32,000 bases of DNA from Edaphobacter aggregans (GCF_003945235.1 NZ_RSDW01000001.1:1680001-1712000), one strand, 5' to 3'; positions 16,359 to 25,250 are shown, counted from the first letter of the stretch. A program made the numbers and translations. Notes: generated by a model not told the origin, from the sequence alone.

Positions 16359-16937
16359 ATGTGCTGCGGTTCTTGCTCTGGGCCCGCCCGCTACAGACAA
16401 CTTATGGCAACCATGATGGCACCCGTCGAACAGCGTGAGGTGCTGCGCTGTGATCATTGCAGCCTGGTGCAGTTCCGCACAGCGAACGCACTATGCCGCC
16501 GCTGCCACAAATGCCTCGAGGTCGAAGAGCCCGAACCGGCTCCCGCCCCCATCGCACTCGTCCCCCAAACCAGCACCCCCGACGACGGCCTACAGGTGGC
16601 CACTGCTGTTCGCGACCTGCGCCACGTGCGCAACCTCTCACAGCGCCAGCTTGCCGCCCGCATGAACGTCCCGCGGACCTACATCTCGAAGATCGAGAAC
16701 GGCAAGGCCATGCCCACGCTGTCCTCGCTCGATCGCCTGGCAAAGGCCCTGCAGGTCGATATCTCCACCCTGCTGCGCGACTCCAACACCCGACATCGCG
16801 ACGAGACGGCCGTTCTTATGGCCGACCCATTCCTCGCCGAGATCGCGGCCTACACCTCGCAGCTCGACGCCCTCCAGCGCTCCATCTTCCTGAACCACGT
16901 TCGGGAGTTGGCTGCGGGACGACGCCGCTCGGCCTAA
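16359..16937 (+). CDS. XRE-family HTH transcriptional regulator with N-terminal CxxC...CxxC zinc ribbon
   Basis: HTH_XRE core is LRHVRNLSQRQLAARMNVPRTYISKIENGKAMPTLSSLDRLAKALQV. It is preceded by CDHCSLVQFRTANALCRRCHKC and a Pro-rich linker. The start is uncertain (16359 or the ATG at 16404, MATMMAP). Confidence 0.8.
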   Translation: MCCGSCSGPARYRQLMATMMAPVEQREVLRCDHCSLVQFRTANALCRRCHKCLEVEEPEPAPAPIALVPQTSTPDDGLQVATAVRDLRHVRNLSQRQLAARMNVPRTYISKIENGKAMPTLSSLDRLAKALQVDISTLLRDSNTRHRDETAVLMADPFLAEIAAYTSQLDALQRSIFLNHVRELAAGRRRSA

Positions 16938-16967
16938 ACAACGTAAGCCTGATCTGATTACGACCTC

Positions 16968-16998
16968 GGAGAGTGCCTCGGCCATCGTGGCACTCTCC
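16968..16998 (+). terminator. Stem-loop downstream of the XRE regulator gene (possible terminator, no U-tract)
   Basis: Perfect 10-bp inverted repeat GGAGAGTGCC (16968-16977) / GGCACTCTCC (16989-16998) with an 11-nt loop, 31 nt after the stop codon. It is followed by TCTCC rather than a T-run. Confidence 0.4.
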
Positions 16999-17241
16999 TC
17001 TCCGACCGCATCATCCAGACGGACGGGGAGATCCGATTAGCCGCTCAAGCCGCAAAGGCGGATCGTCGCTAAACCCTCTGCGGTTAGCAGATGGAAGCCA
17101 GCCGGTGGCCAGGAAGCAAGCCAAGAGCAGCAACGCCGAAGACAGCTACGCGCCCCACAAAACTGCACGCCGGTCTGCACAAAGAGACATTCATTGCACA
17201 CCCCATAGCGGTGTGCTAGCGTCATTATTTGTGAGGTTGCT

Positions 17242-18162
<921 letters not shown>

Positions 18163-18220
18163 GTACTGTGCGGCAATTCGGCATCTTGCTTCCCGGCGGG
18201 TCAGGCAGAAGGAGCGAACA

Positions 18221-18625
18221 ATGCCGACCGAATTCCCCTACATCACCATCCTCGAGACCAAATACAAGCCTCTCGAACTCATCGAAGAAAAGCTGACCGC
18301 CGACGCCGCTCCACGTCCCTGGTACAACGAAACACTCTGCAACGTGAACGACTCCGTCGTCCGCCTCGGCGTCGTGCAAGGCGACTATCACTGGCACAAG
18401 CATCCGCAAGAGGACGAATTCTTCTACGTTGTCGAGGGCTGCCTGCACATCGACCTCATCGACCCCGCCGACTCCGCCACGACCCAGGACAACCCCCGCA
18501 CCATCACTCTCAATCCACGACAGGGAGTCGTCATCCCCAAAGACGTTCTCCATCGCCCCCGCGCACCGCAACGTACCGTCATGCTGATGGTCGAGACCGA
18601 CACCATCCGTCCCACCGGAAGCTGA
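18221..18625 (+). CDS. Cupin domain protein
   Basis: 134 aa with the cupin metal motif region G-x5-HxH (GDYHWHKHPQEDEFFYVVEG) and a second beta-barrel motif. GGAG RBS (agaaggagcgaacaATG). Confidence 0.8.
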   Translation: MPTEFPYITILETKYKPLELIEEKLTADAAPRPWYNETLCNVNDSVVRLGVVQGDYHWHKHPQEDEFFYVVEGCLHIDLIDPADSATTQDNPRTITLNPRQGVVIPKDVLHRPRAPQRTVMLMVETDTIRPTGS

Positions 18626-18684
18626 TTCGCATCACCCGCTCGCAAAGAATAGGCAATAGCCCACATCGCGAAACTCACTCGTCG

Positions 18685-18999
18685 TTAGCTCGTTGGCAAC
18701 TCGGCAAGCTCGCCAGGCCGCTTCTTCAACCTTCCTATAAATTCACTCAGCGCGGGCCGAATACTCGCAAACATCGGATCCGCCCGATGCACAAGCGCCA
18801 CCTCGGAGAACAGCTTCAAGCCCACTCCGAGCGAAGCGGTCGTATTCTCATCAAACGGCAGTCGGGAACGCATCCGTTCCACAATCTCAAGAATGTCGTC
18901 ATGATTCGCCGCTTCAAAGGTGAGGCTCCGTCCTTCGACTGCCTCACCCTTGGCTCCAGTCAGCATCTCAACCGTAATCCGGTATCGGTACGAGTTCAT
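18685..18999 (-). CDS. Small DUF3861-like protein
   Basis: 104 aa, MNSYRYRITVEMLTG... Its ATG directly abuts the PadR stop (TAAATG at 18997-19002), so the two genes are co-transcribed. The family name is recalled from memory and is tentative. Confidence 0.65.
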   Translation of the reverse strand: MNSYRYRITVEMLTGAKGEAVEGRSLTFEAANHDDILEIVERMRSRLPFDENTTASLGVGLKLFSEVALVHRADPMFASIRPALSEFIGRLKKRPGELAELPTS

Positions 19000-19599
19000 T
19001 TAGACCCTCTCAATCTGCTTCGCCGCCGCATCGATAATGTCGGTGATCGCGTGAATCTGTTCCGTCGTCAACGGACCAGCCTTCATCCGCAACGCCATGC
19101 GAAAGTTTTCGACGGCCCGCTCAATCTGCGGTGCGCGATCATTCGCCTGCTCCGTTCGCGTCCGGTCCATCCGGGCAAAGAGCGCCTCGACCACGGCCTT
19201 GTTCTCAGCCAATGCCTTCGACCCTTCTTCCGTGATCGTGTAGAGCTTCCGCGCTCCCTCCGATACCACCGTTGCGTGGCCCATCTCCTCCAGCATCGTC
19301 AGCATCGGATACACTACGCCCGGACTCGGAGCATACATGCCCCCCAGACGCTCCTGAATCGACTTGATGATCTCGTAGCCATGGCTCGGCTTCTCCGAGA
19401 TCAGCTGAAGAATGACAAAGCGCAAATCGCCCGCACCGAACATCCGGAACGGACCTCCGCGTCCTCTGCCGCCTCGAAATCCTCGTCGCCCTTCGCCAAA
19501 ATCGCCATAACCGCCGCGATGTCTGTCTTCCCTATGTCCCTCTCCACGGCCTTCTTCTCCGCCGCAGAAACCTCTGAAATGGTGATTGTGTATTCTCAT
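19000..19599 (-). CDS. PadR-family transcriptional regulator with Arg/Gly/His-rich N-terminal extension
   Basis: Winged-helix core is GDLRFVILQLISEKPSHGYEIIKSIQERLGGMYAPSPGVVYPMLTMLEEMGHATV. I chose the ATG at 19599 (MRIHNHH). The track start at 19764 would run through the AT-rich promoter region and overlap the divergent gene. Confidence 0.87.
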   Translation of the reverse strand: MRIHNHHFRGFCGGEEGRGEGHREDRHRGGYGDFGEGRRGFRGGRGRGGPFRMFGAGDLRFVILQLISEKPSHGYEIIKSIQERLGGMYAPSPGVVYPMLTMLEEMGHATVVSEGARKLYTITEEGSKALAENKAVVEALFARMDRTRTEQANDRAPQIERAVENFRMALRMKAGPLTTEQIHAITDIIDAAAKQIERV

Positions 19600-19641
19600 G
19601 TCGAGATAATATAAAGATATATCTTGATATGTCAAGATAAT
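19598..19641. promoter_or_regulatory. Candidate PadR operator region: palindromes and direct repeats in AT-rich divergent intergenic DNA
   Basis: Direct 13-mers ATGTCGAGATAAT (19598-19610) and ATGTCAAGATAAT (19629-19641). Perfect 12-bp palindrome AAGATATATCTT (19614-19625). Overlapping CTTGA-TATG-TCAAG (19623-19636). GATA occurs at 19605, 19616, 19626 and 19636 (spacing 11/10/10 bp). Confidence 0.5.
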
Positions 19642-19739
19642 TACAAAATATGCTTCTATCAACCCGCGATGACTAGAAAACCTTCCTAACCGTGACTCCA
19701 GGAGGCTGTCTAATCTGCCGAACCTGATAAGGGGCGACG

Positions 19740-20894
19740 ATGAGAACGATTCTGCTGCTCGCATTATTGGTTTGCCCTGGCGCGACCATGGCGCAGATGG
19801 ACCGCACAGACGAGATCGTGACGAAGGCCATTACGGCGATGGGTGGGATTGAAAAGATTCATGCTCTCCATAGCCTTGTATTTCGCGGCTTTCACTACGA
19901 GGGCGCCTACAAGCAGGAGTACGCAGGCAGCAGGCAGTCCAGCGCCGTCATGGTCCGGATGCGGCCCGGGCTGCGGCTCGTAGGCTGCCGCCCGGAGATC
20001 CCCGGATGCACCGGACAGTGGGGCCGGATCGTAGAAGGCTTCGACGGCTCCCGCGGCTGGGAGCTGAACTGGCCAAAGCAGCGGCTTGTCAGAACCATCA
20101 ACAAAGCCGAGCGAGCGCTGCATTGCGGGGCTGCATTCGACTATGCGTTCATCGACTACAGGCAACGCGGATTTCGTGCGAGCTATTTGGGACGCAAGTC
20201 CGTTCTCGGAGAGAGCCTGGAGGCAGTCCAAATCAACCGCGATGACTGTGGGCCTCCGATGATGTACTACTTCGACCCCGCAAGCTTTGAACTTCGGATG
20301 AGGGAAATGACAATCCCCATACACGCGCGCGGAGATGCAGTGGATACGATCGCTGTGTCGAAGAGCTTCAAAACCGTGAACGGCGTGAAGCTGATCTCGC
20401 GAGAAGAGGAGGTCAATGCGAAGACGGGCGATGTGATCGATGGAGCAGAGTGGACATCCATCGAAGCCAACACCATCGATGACAGAAAGATCTTCGAGGC
20501 GCCCGAAGTCCACCCGGTGGGGATCACTGCCGTAGTCCTCCAAATGCTTGCCCGCACACAGGACGCCACGCCGGCACAGATGATGGAGCTCTACACGAAG
20601 TTTCGCGCCAGCGACGAGGGCCGTAACACTGACGTGGTCTACGACATGAACTGGCTTGGATTCGAGCTCCTGAAAGTCGACCGCTACGATTACGCGCTAC
20701 CCGTCTTTAGGGAGCTAATCGAAGAGAACCCGCAATCAGGCTCAGCCTATGCGAGCCTCGGAGAGGCCTATCTCCAGATGAAGGATGATGCAAAGGCGCT
20801 GGAAGCATTTCAACATGCGGTGAATCTCGGATTGAAGAACGAGGATGTTCTGAGGAAGCTAAGCAGATTGCAGAAAGCGTCCCAAGGCTCGTAA
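19740..20894 (+). CDS. Secreted hypothetical protein with C-terminal TPR-like helical repeats
   Basis: Signal peptide MRTILLLALLVCPGATMAQ. A beta-rich domain of unknown family, then a TPR-like tail (YALPVFRELIEENPQSGSAYASLGEAYLQMKDDAKALEAFQHAVNLG). AAGGGG RBS. Confidence 0.72.
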   Translation: MRTILLLALLVCPGATMAQMDRTDEIVTKAITAMGGIEKIHALHSLVFRGFHYEGAYKQEYAGSRQSSAVMVRMRPGLRLVGCRPEIPGCTGQWGRIVEGFDGSRGWELNWPKQRLVRTINKAERALHCGAAFDYAFIDYRQRGFRASYLGRKSVLGESLEAVQINRDDCGPPMMYYFDPASFELRMREMTIPIHARGDAVDTIAVSKSFKTVNGVKLISREEEVNAKTGDVIDGAEWTSIEANTIDDRKIFEAPEVHPVGITAVVLQMLARTQDATPAQMMELYTKFRASDEGRNTDVVYDMNWLGFELLKVDRYDYALPVFRELIEENPQSGSAYASLGEAYLQMKDDAKALEAFQHAVNLGLKNEDVLRKLSRLQKASQGS

Positions 20895-20977
20895 ACATTT
20901 GCGATCGCCTTGAGCACGGCCTAACATACTGCTGTGTGATCTCTAAGTCGACATGGAAGCCGACGGAGAAATACGTC

Positions 20978-21790
20978 ATGCGCATGTTGGTTGGCATTCT
21001 CTTCCTATCGACCCTCGTCAACTGTGGACTCGGACAAGAGTTCTCTTCGAAACCATCAGAAGCAGCTGCCAAGATACGCGTTCACAGATTGTCGATCGAG
21101 GCGAACGGCCTTCCAAACGATGACCGTGAGCGGATTACTCACTCGCTCGAGCACTGCACCTGCCTTCAAGAGGAACTTTGGCCTCGCATCCTGATGGCTT
21201 TTCGAGATTTGGGCTATTTCAAAGCTCTTGTCGATGAGCCGAAGGTCTTCGCCGTCGGCCAAACCGAAGGGACGAGGGACGTCGACGTCTCCGTCAAAGT
21301 GGATCAGGGCGCCCAGTACCGTCTCGCCGACATACGCATCGAGAAAGCAGTACTATTCCCTGCTGATCGATTGCGGAACCTGTTCTCACTCCAAACAGGC
21401 GACCTCTTCAATGCGACGCATATTGGCGAAGGACTGGAGCAGATGAGGAAGCTCTACGCGACGGAAGGATACGTCGACTTTGTTGCAACGCCGACACCAC
21501 GGATAGACGAATCACGCCGTACCGTCGATCTGGTCATTCAAGTAGATGAGGGGAAGCCCTATGACTTTGGCCGCCTGTTTCTCGATGGGACAGAGCCTCA
21601 TGCCGGTGCCGCTAAAGAACTCATGGAATCCTGGAAAACATTGCAAGGCAAACGCTACACTCCGCTTTTGCTGAACCGCTGGCTTACGGCGAATACATCA
21701 AGGCCGGGGCCAGTAGACGCGGACCGGATGGTCGACCCAATGATAGATCCGGAATCGCATGTAGTTAACATCAAGCTCCTGCTTCCCTAG
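20978..21790 (+). CDS. POTRA-repeat protein without a beta-barrel (BamA/ShlB N-terminal-like)
   Basis: Signal-like MRMLVGILFLSTLVNCGLGQ. POTRA-like units follow: (a) ILMAFRDLGYFKALVDEPKVF...VDVSVKVDQGAQYRLADIRI; (b) LRNLFSLQTGDLFNATHIGEGLEQMRKLYATEGYVDFVATPTPRIDESRRTVDLVIQVDEGKPYDFG. The ORF ends after ~270 aa with no barrel. The start is uncertain (20936/20978/20984). Confidence 0.7.
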   Translation: MRMLVGILFLSTLVNCGLGQEFSSKPSEAAAKIRVHRLSIEANGLPNDDRERITHSLEHCTCLQEELWPRILMAFRDLGYFKALVDEPKVFAVGQTEGTRDVDVSVKVDQGAQYRLADIRIEKAVLFPADRLRNLFSLQTGDLFNATHIGEGLEQMRKLYATEGYVDFVATPTPRIDESRRTVDLVIQVDEGKPYDFGRLFLDGTEPHAGAAKELMESWKTLQGKRYTPLLLNRWLTANTSRPGPVDADRMVDPMIDPESHVVNIKLLLP

Positions 21791-21852
21791 CCTCCACCCC
21801 TACCCAAATTCCACTCTCCCCGGCCCCGGCAATGTATTCTTGCCACTGGCCC

Positions 21853-22716
21853 ATGAAACGAATCCTCACCGCACTCATTCTCATCCTCGCCGTCTTCGCG
21901 CTCATCTTCTTCGGTCAGCTCTGGATGATCACCCTCGCCGCGGCCATCGTCGCCGAACTGGCGACCTACGAGTACCTCAAGCTCGCCGCCGTCGGTGCCG
22001 AATCCCACGGAGCACAGCTCCGCATCCCCATCTGGTGGATGGCCCTCGGCACCGCGCTCGCCTTCGTCGTCACCTTGCCCAACTTCCCCGTCGAAGCCCA
22101 GCTTCCCGTCCTCAGCGCCATCACCCTCGCTCTCTTCGCCTGGAACGGCTTTCGCGCCCCGCTCATCCAGGTCCTGCCTGACACCGCCCAGGGACTCTTC
22201 GGCCTCATCTGGATCGCCTACCCCCTCACCCTCATCCCCCTGCTCTGGAAGAAAGAAGACGGCCCCGCCCTCGTCGTCTTCCTCATGGTCTGCGTCTGGG
22301 CCGGAGACATTGCCGCCCTCTACATCGGCCGCGCCTTCGGGAAGCACAAGCTGGCCCCGCGCCTCAGCCCGGGCAAAACCTGGGAAGGCTCCATCGCCTC
22401 CATCATCGGCAGCATCCTGGCCGCCGCACTCGTCGTCTGGATCGGCGACCTCCTCACGATCCGCGGCAACCTTCTCCTCCACATCACCGAGCCTCTCTGG
22501 CAGACCCTCATTCTCGCCGGCATCCTGAACATCGCCGCCCAGCTCGGCGACCTCCTCGAATCCGCCGTCAAGCGTGGAGCAGGCGTCAAAGACTCCGGCA
22601 CCATGCTCCCCGGCCACGGAGGCATTCTCGACCGCATCGATGCTCTTCTGCTTGCCACCCCCGTCCTTTGGTTCGTCCTCCTGCTCAAGGACACCTTCAG
22701 CCTGGGCCGCTTCTAA
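21853..22716 (+). CDS. cdsA: Phosphatidate cytidylyltransferase (CDP-diglyceride synthase)
   Basis: CdsA signature SAVKRGAGVKDSGTMLPGHGGILDRIDALL and multiple TM helices. I prefer the start at ATG 21853 (MKRILTAL). Confidence 0.92.
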   Translation: MKRILTALILILAVFALIFFGQLWMITLAAAIVAELATYEYLKLAAVGAESHGAQLRIPIWWMALGTALAFVVTLPNFPVEAQLPVLSAITLALFAWNGFRAPLIQVLPDTAQGLFGLIWIAYPLTLIPLLWKKEDGPALVVFLMVCVWAGDIAALYIGRAFGKHKLAPRLSPGKTWEGSIASIIGSILAAALVVWIGDLLTIRGNLLLHITEPLWQTLILAGILNIAAQLGDLLESAVKRGAGVKDSGTMLPGHGGILDRIDALLLATPVLWFVLLLKDTFSLGRF

Positions 22717-22980
22717 CACGGAGCCCCAACCCGCTGTGACGAACGGCTTCATCCTCGCCTTTGACAGTGTTGAAGTTGCTGTGCAACAGTTACCCTCCTT
22801 GACAGCATCGAAGAAGTTTGCCGGTCAGCAATTTGGATAGACCCTAAAGTTTCTATCAAAATAGGACCGTTCGTCCCAACCCTCCCAAGTCTCCGAACAC
22901 TGGCAGCCCAGGCCCCCTCCAAGATAGCCGTTGCCCCGACAGGCGCTCTAGCTTGCACATGTTTTCGCGAGGTAAAAACG

Positions 22981-23829
22981 ATGAACCTGCCCGAAAAGCC
23001 TTCAACACACTCCGATCGTCAACCCACAAAAATCCACCGGATCGGTTCAAAGACTCTTAGGCTCATGCTCCTCTTGGCCATAGCTGGAATCCTTCTTTGC
23101 CGCCCCATCGGATCCCCTGTTCTTGCGAAAGCCGCACAACAGGCCGACGCCGCCCCTGCAATCGATCCCGACGCCATGGAAGCCCTCAACAAAATGGGAG
23201 CCTATCTTCGCAGCTTGAAATCCTTTCAGGTGGAAGGCGATGTCACGAACGACGATGTTCTCCAGGATGGACAGATCATCCAAAACTCCTCCAAGGTGAA
23301 TCTCCTGGCCGCCAAGCCCAATCGCATGCGCGTCGAGGTTACCAGCGATGCGAAACACAGGCTCTTTCTCTACGATGGCAAAAACTTTACCGTCTGGGGA
23401 AAGCTCGTCAACTACTACGCCACGGTCCCCGCTCCCCCCACCATCCGCGAACTCTTCACTGACATCGAGGACAAATACGGCATCGAGCTTCCGCTCGTCG
23501 ATCTCTTCAAATGGGGGACCGATGAAGCGGATATCAAAAAAATCACATCCGCCGTCGATATCGGACCAACCACGATCAATGGCGTGACCTGCGAACAATA
23601 TGCCTTTCGTCAGGAAGGCCTCGATTGGCAGATATGGATTCAACTCGGCGACTACCCTCTGCCTCTCAAATTCGTCATCCGCACCCTCTCCGATGAAGCC
23701 AGACCCCAGCACAGCGATACGCTGACCTGGAACCTGGCGCCTTCCTTCAACGATGCCGCCTTTGTCTTCGATCCGCCGCCTGATGCCCAGCGCATTCTCC
23801 TCGCGGAACAAAAGCCCGCCAACCAATAA
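22981..23829 (+). CDS. DUF2092 (LolA-like fold) periplasmic protein
   Basis: N-terminal signal/anchor (LRLMLLLAIAGILLC), then LNKMGAYLRSLKSFQVEGDVTNDDVLQDGQIIQNSSKVNLLAAKPNRMRVEV...LFLYDGKNFTVW, as in DUF2092/LolA-like proteins. Confidence 0.78.
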   Translation: MNLPEKPSTHSDRQPTKIHRIGSKTLRLMLLLAIAGILLCRPIGSPVLAKAAQQADAAPAIDPDAMEALNKMGAYLRSLKSFQVEGDVTNDDVLQDGQIIQNSSKVNLLAAKPNRMRVEVTSDAKHRLFLYDGKNFTVWGKLVNYYATVPAPPTIRELFTDIEDKYGIELPLVDLFKWGTDEADIKKITSAVDIGPTTINGVTCEQYAFRQEGLDWQIWIQLGDYPLPLKFVIRTLSDEARPQHSDTLTWNLAPSFNDAAFVFDPPPDAQRILLAEQKPANQ

Positions 23830-23845
23830 AACGAAGGGGAGACCT

Positions 23846-24451
23846 ATGAAGCGATCAGCTCAAATCTTTGCCATATTCGTCATCGCCGTCCTAGTCTCTG
23901 GAATGACACTTCTTGCTCAACGCGGAGGTCGTGGTGGCGGCGGTGGTGGTGCCGCACGTGGCGGTGGCCAGCCACGGAGCAGCGCACAATCCAGTGTCAA
24001 CCGCCCCACCAACACCGGCGGCGCCCAGAACCGCGGTAATGCAGGCGCCGCCAACCAGAACCGCGCCAACACAGCCAACGCCAACCAGAACCGCAACGCC
24101 AACCAGAACGTCAACCGCAACGCCAACGTTAACCAGAACGCCAACGTCAACCGCAACGTAAACGTCAATCAGAACGTGAACGTCAATCGCGATGTCAACG
24201 TCAACGGCAACTACGGTGGCAGTTACTACGGTGGCGGATGCTGCTATCACCCGGTCGCAACTGCGGCTGCAATCACCGGCGCAGCGGTAGTCACGGCAGC
24301 GGTCGTCGGTTCGATCGTCAACTCCCCACCATCAGGCTGCGTAACGCAAATTGTCGGCGGATTGTCCTATCAGCAGTGCGGCAGCACCTGGTACCAGCCT
24401 CAGTTTTCAGGAGGCAACACAACCTACATCGTGGTCAATCCGCCCCATTAA
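23846..24451 (+). CDS. Secreted/anchored protein with RGG tract, alternating-Asn repeat and Cys-containing C-terminal domain
   Basis: 201 aa from the ATG at 23846 (GGGGAG RBS). Signal/anchor MKRSAQIFAIFVIAVLVSGMTLLAQ. RGGRGGGGGGAARGGG tract. N-x repeat from N78 to N122. C-terminal YYGGGCCYHP...GCVTQIVGGLSYQQCGSTWYQPQFSGGNTTYIVVNPPH. Confidence 0.75.
   Translation: MKRSAQIFAIFVIAVLVSGMTLLAQRGGRGGGGGGAARGGGQPRSSAQSSVNRPTNTGGAQNRGNAGAANQNRANTANANQNRNANQNVNRNANVNQNANVNRNVNVNQNVNVNRDVNVNGNYGGSYYGGGCCYHPVATAAAITGAAVVTAAVVGSIVNSPPSGCVTQIVGGLSYQQCGSTWYQPQFSGGNTTYIVVNPPH
24077..24211 (+). repeat. Hexanucleotide-periodic (AAC-NNN) coding repeat
   Basis: 45 codons in which every second codon is Asn (AAC/AAT; one GAT). 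The intervening codons are gcc/cag/cgc/gtc/gta/gtg/ggc: NANQNRNANQNVNRNANVNQNANVNRNVNVNQNVNVNRDVNVNGN. Confidence 0.85.
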
Positions 24452-24471
24452 TCCAGCCAACAGCCCAAGTG

Positions 24472-24499
24472 CCCCATCCTGATTGCGCGAAGGGTGGGG
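24472..24499 (+). terminator. Possible terminator hairpin after the Asn-repeat gene
   Basis: CCCCATCC (24472-24479) pairs with GGGTGGGG (24492-24499), including one G-U pair, around a 12-nt loop, 21 nt after the stop. There is no T-tract, so confidence is low. Confidence 0.35.
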
Positions 24500-24803
24500 A
24501 CGTCCTTACTCCCTACTCATAACTCGTTACTCACTCCTTGTCGTCGCCTCGCGTAACGTAAGCGTCGTCTATCCGGATGAGCAATCTTTCGTCAGCCATT
24601 AGTTGCGCCGAACCTAACACGCTGATTGCACCTGCACTGGGCGTTTATCCGCCTTCCTGGAAAAACCACCACTTCAGGCAACCAATTTACCTCTGCCATA
24701 TACACCGCCGCACTAACCCTTTTACACACAACACTTACAAACACGCATGGCATCTAATCTCCAAGACCGATCGATAAGTTGAATCGGGAAAAGGAGATTT
24801 GAA

Positions 24804-25145
24804 ATGACATCCCAAAAAGGTCTGATTGCTGTACTTGCATTCGCTACCTCAGTCTGTGTTCCGTCAACAATCGTGGCGCAAGGTCCACCTCCTCACGAAT
24901 ACCACGACCAAGCTGGATGGGACGCACCTCCCTCCGAGTATCAGGAAGTCGGACGCCGCGGTTATCACGATGGCATCGAAGGCGCCCGCAAGGACTTTGA
25001 AAACCACCGCAAGCCCAACGTCAATAATCGAGACGAATTCAAACACCCGCCTGTCTCGGGAGCAGATCGCGATCAATACCGCGCTTCTTTCCGTCGCGGC
25101 TACGACGTCGCCGTTGAGCACATGATGAACGGCCCTCAACACTAA
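24804..25145 (+). CDS. Small secreted hypothetical protein (His/Tyr/Arg-rich)
   Basis: 113 aa with an AAGGAG RBS 7 nt upstream. Signal peptide MTSQKGLIAVLAFATSVCVPSTIVAQ. The mature part has two related segments (RRGYHDGIEGARKDFENHRKP / FRRGYDVAVEHM). No family recognised. Confidence 0.7.
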   Translation: MTSQKGLIAVLAFATSVCVPSTIVAQGPPPHEYHDQAGWDAPPSEYQEVGRRGYHDGIEGARKDFENHRKPNVNNRDEFKHPPVSGADRDQYRASFRRGYDVAVEHMMNGPQH

Positions 25146-25250
25146 ACCGTGTCAAGCCTTATGTACTACTAAGTGTATTTATATCAGATACTTACAAGTG
25201 ACGATTCGTCCATGCCAACCCGTTATAATTGTAACAAGAGACCAGATAAG

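Noticed and set aside
19600-19764. N-terminal extension of the PadR ORF (track start 19764); similarly 10086-10292 for the TPR gene, 23753-23845 for the Asn-repeat gene, 26634-26705 for rseP and 25397-25474 for dxr
   Set aside because: The extensions run through AT-rich promoter DNA or overlap neighbouring genes, and they lack RBSs. Internal starts give N-termini that match the expected family or signal-peptide architecture. The dxr start remains the least certain of these.
21787-22752. 321-aa ORF antisense to cdsA (also 21995-22528 and other alternative frames)
   Set aside because: cdsA carries the diagnostic PGHGGILDRID signature. The antisense and alternate-frame translations are Gly/Glu/Asp- or Ser/Pro-rich with no recognisable domain.
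23047-23826. 259-aa ORF antisense to the DUF2092 gene, and multiple ORFs (23891-24250, 23913-24161, 23917-24168) over the Asn-repeat region
   Set aside because: The hexanucleotide repeat keeps several frames open on both strands. Only the + frame from 23846 has an RBS, a signal peptide and a coherent domain structure.
24577-24777. 66-aa ORF in the spacer between the Asn-repeat gene and the small secreted protein gene
   Set aside because: It has no RBS, a His/Pro/Thr-rich odd composition, and lies in a pyrimidine-rich low-complexity spacer (TACTC repeated at about 24514-24535). It is probably non-coding.
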